DNA from: Giesbergeria sp.
GTDB lineage: Bacteria > Pseudomonadota > Gammaproteobacteria > Burkholderiales > Burkholderiaceae_C
Assembly (NCBI GenBank): GCA_052172715.1
Contig: JBQMQB010000001.1
Span: forward strand, 1 to 33,503
DNA length: 33,503 bases
Direction: 5' to 3'
The position numbers and the translations under genes were made by a program. Positions 30,174-33,503 of this stretch are shown here, in pieces (the first letter of the stretch is position 1; the number at the start of each line of letters is the position of its first letter). Under the pieces are notes generated by a model. That model was given only the letters and a program-made list of their open reading frames with translations, had not been told where the DNA came from and did not search any database.

Positions 30174-30315
30174 GGCTAGTGCTTTCTTAGGTGTAACCGA
30201 GTGGTAACTTCAGTCTCAGAGGAATCCAAAATTCTATTGCAATGCAGCAAGTACGGATTTGATGCAGGTGAAACAGTGCTGCTTGAAGCTGGTTGCACGC
30301 TGTTTTGTGTATGTG

Positions 30316-31119
30316 TCAGCCCAGCTCATTGCGGTAGTGGTGTGTCTCGGTGCGGTAAAGCCCGCGGCGCAGCTCCATAGGAACATCGTTGTAGGTGTAG
30401 GAAGTGCGCACCACGCTTAGCAAGGGCGTGTGGGGCGTGACCTGCAGCAGCGCTGCCTGCTCTGGGTCGGGCAGCACGGCCCGGATTTTTTCGTCGGCGC
30501 GGACCATGCGCACACCGAATTCGATTTCCAGCATGGCGTACGTGGGTCCGGGGTAGTCGCGCATTTGCGCCGCCGTCAAGCCCTTGAACGCATTGCCGGG
30601 CAGCCACAGGTCTTCGAGAATGGTGGGCTCGTCTTGAAACGAAAGCACGCGCCGCGCCTGAATCACCGATTCGCCCGTTCGCAGCCCCAGGGCGCGCGCC
30701 ACCTCTGCACTGGCACGGGTGGTGCGGCAATCGACAATGCGCCGCTGCGCCGGGCCTTCGGTGGTGACATCGCCACTGTCGGGCGTGAGGCGCAGAAAGC
30801 GGTACTGCACATTTTGCTCGGCATGCGTCGATACGAAAGTACCCTTGCCTTGGCGGCGCAGGAGCAGGTTCTCGCCTGCCAGTTCGTCGATCGCCTTGCG
30901 CACAGTGCCCTGACTGACACGAAAACGCGCCGCCAGATCCATTTCGCTGGGAATCGCTTCACCCGGCTTCCATTCGCCAGCCTGCAGGCTTTGCAGCATC
31001 AGGCCCTTGATCTGCTGGTACAGCGGGCTGAAGGCCGGCGCAGGAAGACCGCCCGCGATCGGAACAGCGGGGGTATCAGCAGCAACGGGAGGAACGGACG
31101 ACATCGCAAAAAGGGTCAT
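30316..31119 (-). CDS. GntR/HutC-family regulator of TCA genes (SdhR-like)
   Basis: PLYQQIK..IPSEMDLA.RF.VSQGTVRKA..RRQGKGTFV HTH plus UTRA domain; start could be 31104. Confidence 0.9.
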   Translation of the reverse strand: MTLFAMSSVPPVAADTPAVPIAGGLPAPAFSPLYQQIKGLMLQSLQAGEWKPGEAIPSEMDLAARFRVSQGTVRKAIDELAGENLLLRRQGKGTFVSTHAEQNVQYRFLRLTPDSGDVTTEGPAQRRIVDCRTTRASAEVARALGLRTGESVIQARRVLSFQDEPTILEDLWLPGNAFKGLTAAQMRDYPGPTYAMLEIEFGVRMVRADEKIRAVLPDPEQAALLQVTPHTPLLSVVRTSYTYNDVPMELRRGLYRTETHHYRNELG

Positions 31120-31188
31120 GGTCCGGGAAAGGAGAAGGCGCGTGTAAGGGCCAAGTCAGGCGCCAAAAACTTCGTTTCCGGGAAGTGC

Positions 31189-31214
31189 GATCATATCTTA
31201 TATAAGACATAAGA
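31189..31214. promoter_or_regulatory. Operator of the adjacent GntR regulator (SdhR-type box)
   Basis: Palindromic core TCTTATATAAGA extended by CATAAGA, between the divergent regulator and mdh. Confidence 0.75.
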
Positions 31215-31218
31215 CAAA

Positions 31219-31248
31219 TTGACGCACTGCGGAAACCGGCAGTAAAAT
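31219..31248 (+). promoter_or_regulatory. Sigma70 promoter of mdh
   Basis: TTGACG-N18-TAAAAT. Confidence 0.7.
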
Positions 31249-31341
31249 CGTTGGCTGTTTGCGGGGCAATGCTGCGGGAAGACAGGATGCAGCCGGGCTC
31301 CGCTGATCACATTCTTGTTTCTTACACCATCGGAGTTCACC

Positions 31342-32328
31342 ATGAGCAAAAAGCCCGTTCGCGTTGCCGTCACCGGCGCCGCAGGCCAAATCGGTTATGC
31401 CCTTCTGTTTCGCATTGCCTCGGGCGAAATGCTGGGCAAAGACCAGCCCGTCATCCTGCAGCTCTTGGAAGTGCCGGTTGAGGGGCCACAAAAAGCGCTC
31501 AAGGGCGTGATGATGGAGCTTGACGACTGCGCCTTCCCGCTGCTCGTCGAGATGACCGCTCACAGCGATCCGATGACCGCTTTCAAAGACGCCGACTATG
31601 CGCTGCTGGTGGGTTCGCGCCCCCGCGGCCCTGGCATGGAGCGTGCCGAACTGCTGGCCGTCAACGGCGCCATTTTCACAGCACAGGGCAAAGCGCTGAA
31701 CGCGGTTGCCAGCCGCAACGTGAAAGTGCTGGTGGTCGGCAACCCCGCCAACACCAATGCCTACATCGCCATGAAGAGCGCGCCCGACCTGCCGCGCAAA
31801 AATTTCACCGCTATGCTGCGCCTCGATCACAACCGCGCTGCCAGCCAGCTCGCTGCCAAGACCGGCAAGGCCGTGGCCGACATCGAAAAACTCACGGTCT
31901 GGGGCAACCACTCGCCCACCATGTACGCCGACTACCGCTTTGCCACCATCAACGGCGAAAGCGTGGCCAAGATGATCAACGACCAGGAATGGAACGCCAA
32001 CACCTTCCTGCCCACCGTAGGCAAGCGTGGCGCTGCCATCATTGAAGCGCGCGGCCTGTCGTCGGCTGCTTCGGCTGCCAACGCCGCTATTGATCACATG
32101 CGCGACTGGGCCCTGGGCACCAATGGCAAGTGGGTCACGATGGGCATTCCATCGGACGGCCAGTACGGCATTCCCAAGGATGTGATGTTCGGCTTCCCCG
32201 TGACCTGCGAAAACGGCGAGTACAAGACCGTCGAAGGCCTTGCTATTGATGCGTTCAGCCAGGAGCGCATTGACAAGACGCTCAAGGAACTGACCGACGA
32301 GCAGGCCGGCGTCGCCCACCTGCTGTAA
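31342..32328 (+). CDS. mdh: Malate dehydrogenase
   Basis: [32 protein letters not shown]; GGAG before ATG 31342. Confidence 0.98.
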   Translation: MSKKPVRVAVTGAAGQIGYALLFRIASGEMLGKDQPVILQLLEVPVEGPQKALKGVMMELDDCAFPLLVEMTAHSDPMTAFKDADYALLVGSRPRGPGMERAELLAVNGAIFTAQGKALNAVASRNVKVLVVGNPANTNAYIAMKSAPDLPRKNFTAMLRLDHNRAASQLAAKTGKAVADIEKLTVWGNHSPTMYADYRFATINGESVAKMINDQEWNANTFLPTVGKRGAAIIEARGLSSAASAANAAIDHMRDWALGTNGKWVTMGIPSDGQYGIPKDVMFGFPVTCENGEYKTVEGLAIDAFSQERIDKTLKELTDEQAGVAHLL

Positions 32329-32339
32329 GCAGACAGCAC

Positions 32340-33338
32340 GTGCAGCATCCGCGCGACATCCTCCAGGGGGCGCAAGCCTCTGCGACGCTGATTCCGGTGT
32401 GCGACCACTACAGTGGCGCGCCTGCGCGGATGCAAAAAAGCCTGCAATTGCAGGCGCAGATGACAGCAGAATTCGGTGTTTGCGTGTTCGACGTGACGCT
32501 CGATTGTGAAGACGGCGCTGCCGTCGGCGCAGAGGCAGAACATGCGGCCTTGGTCGCGCGGCTCGCACTGGATGCAGCGCCCGATGCCCGTGTTGCGGCG
32601 CGTGTGCATCCCACGGATCATCCGGCGTTTGAAGCCGATGTGGCCACCATCGCAGGCCAGGCAGGCCACCGTCTCGCGCACCTCATGGTTCCCAAGGTCG
32701 AGTCGCTGGACGATGTGCTGGCGGCTGAGCGCGCTCTGGCGCGTGCGGGGGCCGCGCACTTGCCTGTGCATGTGCTGATCGAATCGCCCGCTGCCGTGCA
32801 GCAGGCCTTCGAGATTGCGGCGCACCCGCGCGTGCAAAGCTTGAGTTTTGGTCTCATGGATTTCGTGTCTGCGCATGGGGGTGCCATTCCGGCCTCTGCC
32901 ATGGGCGCAGCCGGGCAGTTCGATCACCCCTTGGTGGTACGCGCCAAGCTCGAAATCGCGTCGGCCTGCCACGCCAACGGCAAGGTGCCCTCGCACTGCG
33001 TGGTCACCGAATTTTCTGATCTCGCGGCCTTGCAGGGCGCTGCGGCTTTGGCCGCAAATCGCTTCGGTTTCACCCGCATGTGGAGCATCCACCCGGCACA
33101 GATTCGGCCGATACTGCAAGCGTTCACGCCTGCCGCTGAAGCCATTGAGGCTGCATCGAAAATACTGCTCGCAGCGGCTCAGGCAGACTGGGCTCCCATC
33201 AGTGTTGACGGCGTTCTGCACGACCGCGCGAGCTACCGGTATTTCTGGCAGGTTTTGGAGCGCGCACAGCGCACCGGAGTTGCGCTACCTCTTCTCGTGC
33301 AGCAGTGGTTTGCCGCCGACATCCCTCTTTCCTCATGA
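32340..33338 (+). CDS. HpcH/HpaI aldolase / citrate lyase beta (CitE-like) protein
   Basis: TLDCEDGA, PKVES, LIESP, FGLMDF, WSIHPAQI; GTG start. Confidence 0.88.
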   Translation: MQHPRDILQGAQASATLIPVCDHYSGAPARMQKSLQLQAQMTAEFGVCVFDVTLDCEDGAAVGAEAEHAALVARLALDAAPDARVAARVHPTDHPAFEADVATIAGQAGHRLAHLMVPKVESLDDVLAAERALARAGAAHLPVHVLIESPAAVQQAFEIAAHPRVQSLSFGLMDFVSAHGGAIPASAMGAAGQFDHPLVVRAKLEIASACHANGKVPSHCVVTEFSDLAALQGAAALAANRFGFTRMWSIHPAQIRPILQAFTPAAEAIEAASKILLAAAQADWAPISVDGVLHDRASYRYFWQVLERAQRTGVALPLLVQQWFAADIPLSS

Positions 33339-33364
33339 CTGTTGTCCGTTCCCGGAGTGTTTCC

Positions 33365-33503
33365 ATGAAATTCTTGATTATTTCCGCCTGTTTGGCCCTG
33401 GTTCCGGGACTCGTGCTGGCGCAAGCCACTGCGCCGAAAGCCGATGCACCGGTGACCAAGAAGTCCAGCGCAAAACCCAAGGCTTCGGTCGCCAAGGCCA
33501 AGC
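33365..33503 (+). CDS. Exported hypothetical protein, truncated by the window end
   Basis: GGAG before ATG 33365; MKFLIISACLALVPGLVLAQ signal peptide then a Lys/Ala/Pro-rich linker; open to the window edge. Confidence 0.75.
   Translation, partial: MKFLIISACLALVPGLVLAQATAPKADAPVTKKSSAKPKASVAKAK

Noticed and set aside
25058-33338. GntR-sdhCDAB-sdhE-gltA with divergent mdh and CitE-like gene as a novel cluster
   Set aside because: This is the usual Burkholderiales arrangement

Overview
GC-rich betaproteobacterial chromosomal window. Gene order and the AT-rich intergenic repeats point to Comamonadaceae (Acidovorax/Simplicispira-like), by inference. It is mostly core genome: moaD...moaE, clpB with a sigma32 promoter, an aldehyde dehydrogenase, a GNAT, a SAM methyltransferase, dusC, a PLD/ClsC-like lipoprotein, a sigma54/NtrC-type amt, proVWX, rnk, an acyltransferase-3, eptA, frmA-fghA, the TCA block (GntR regulator, sdhCDAB, sdhE, gltA), mdh and a CitE-like lyase. 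I see no IS, phage, CRISPR, tRNA or rRNA. The best leads are: (1) a structured ~280-nt leader with an intrinsic terminator between the apparent promoter and proV (candidate attenuator, riboswitch or sRNA); (2) a dispersed ~55-60 bp AT-rich palindromic repeat family with six copies, whose ends overlap a stop codon and an RBS; (3) a cassette splitting moaD from moaE that carries a secreted pectate-lyase-like protein with an N-terminal tandem repeat and a two-state RBS hairpin; (4) a decayed GlxA/AraC regulator remnant opposite frmA. None of these is a proven new system. All calls come from reading the sequence, with no database searches.
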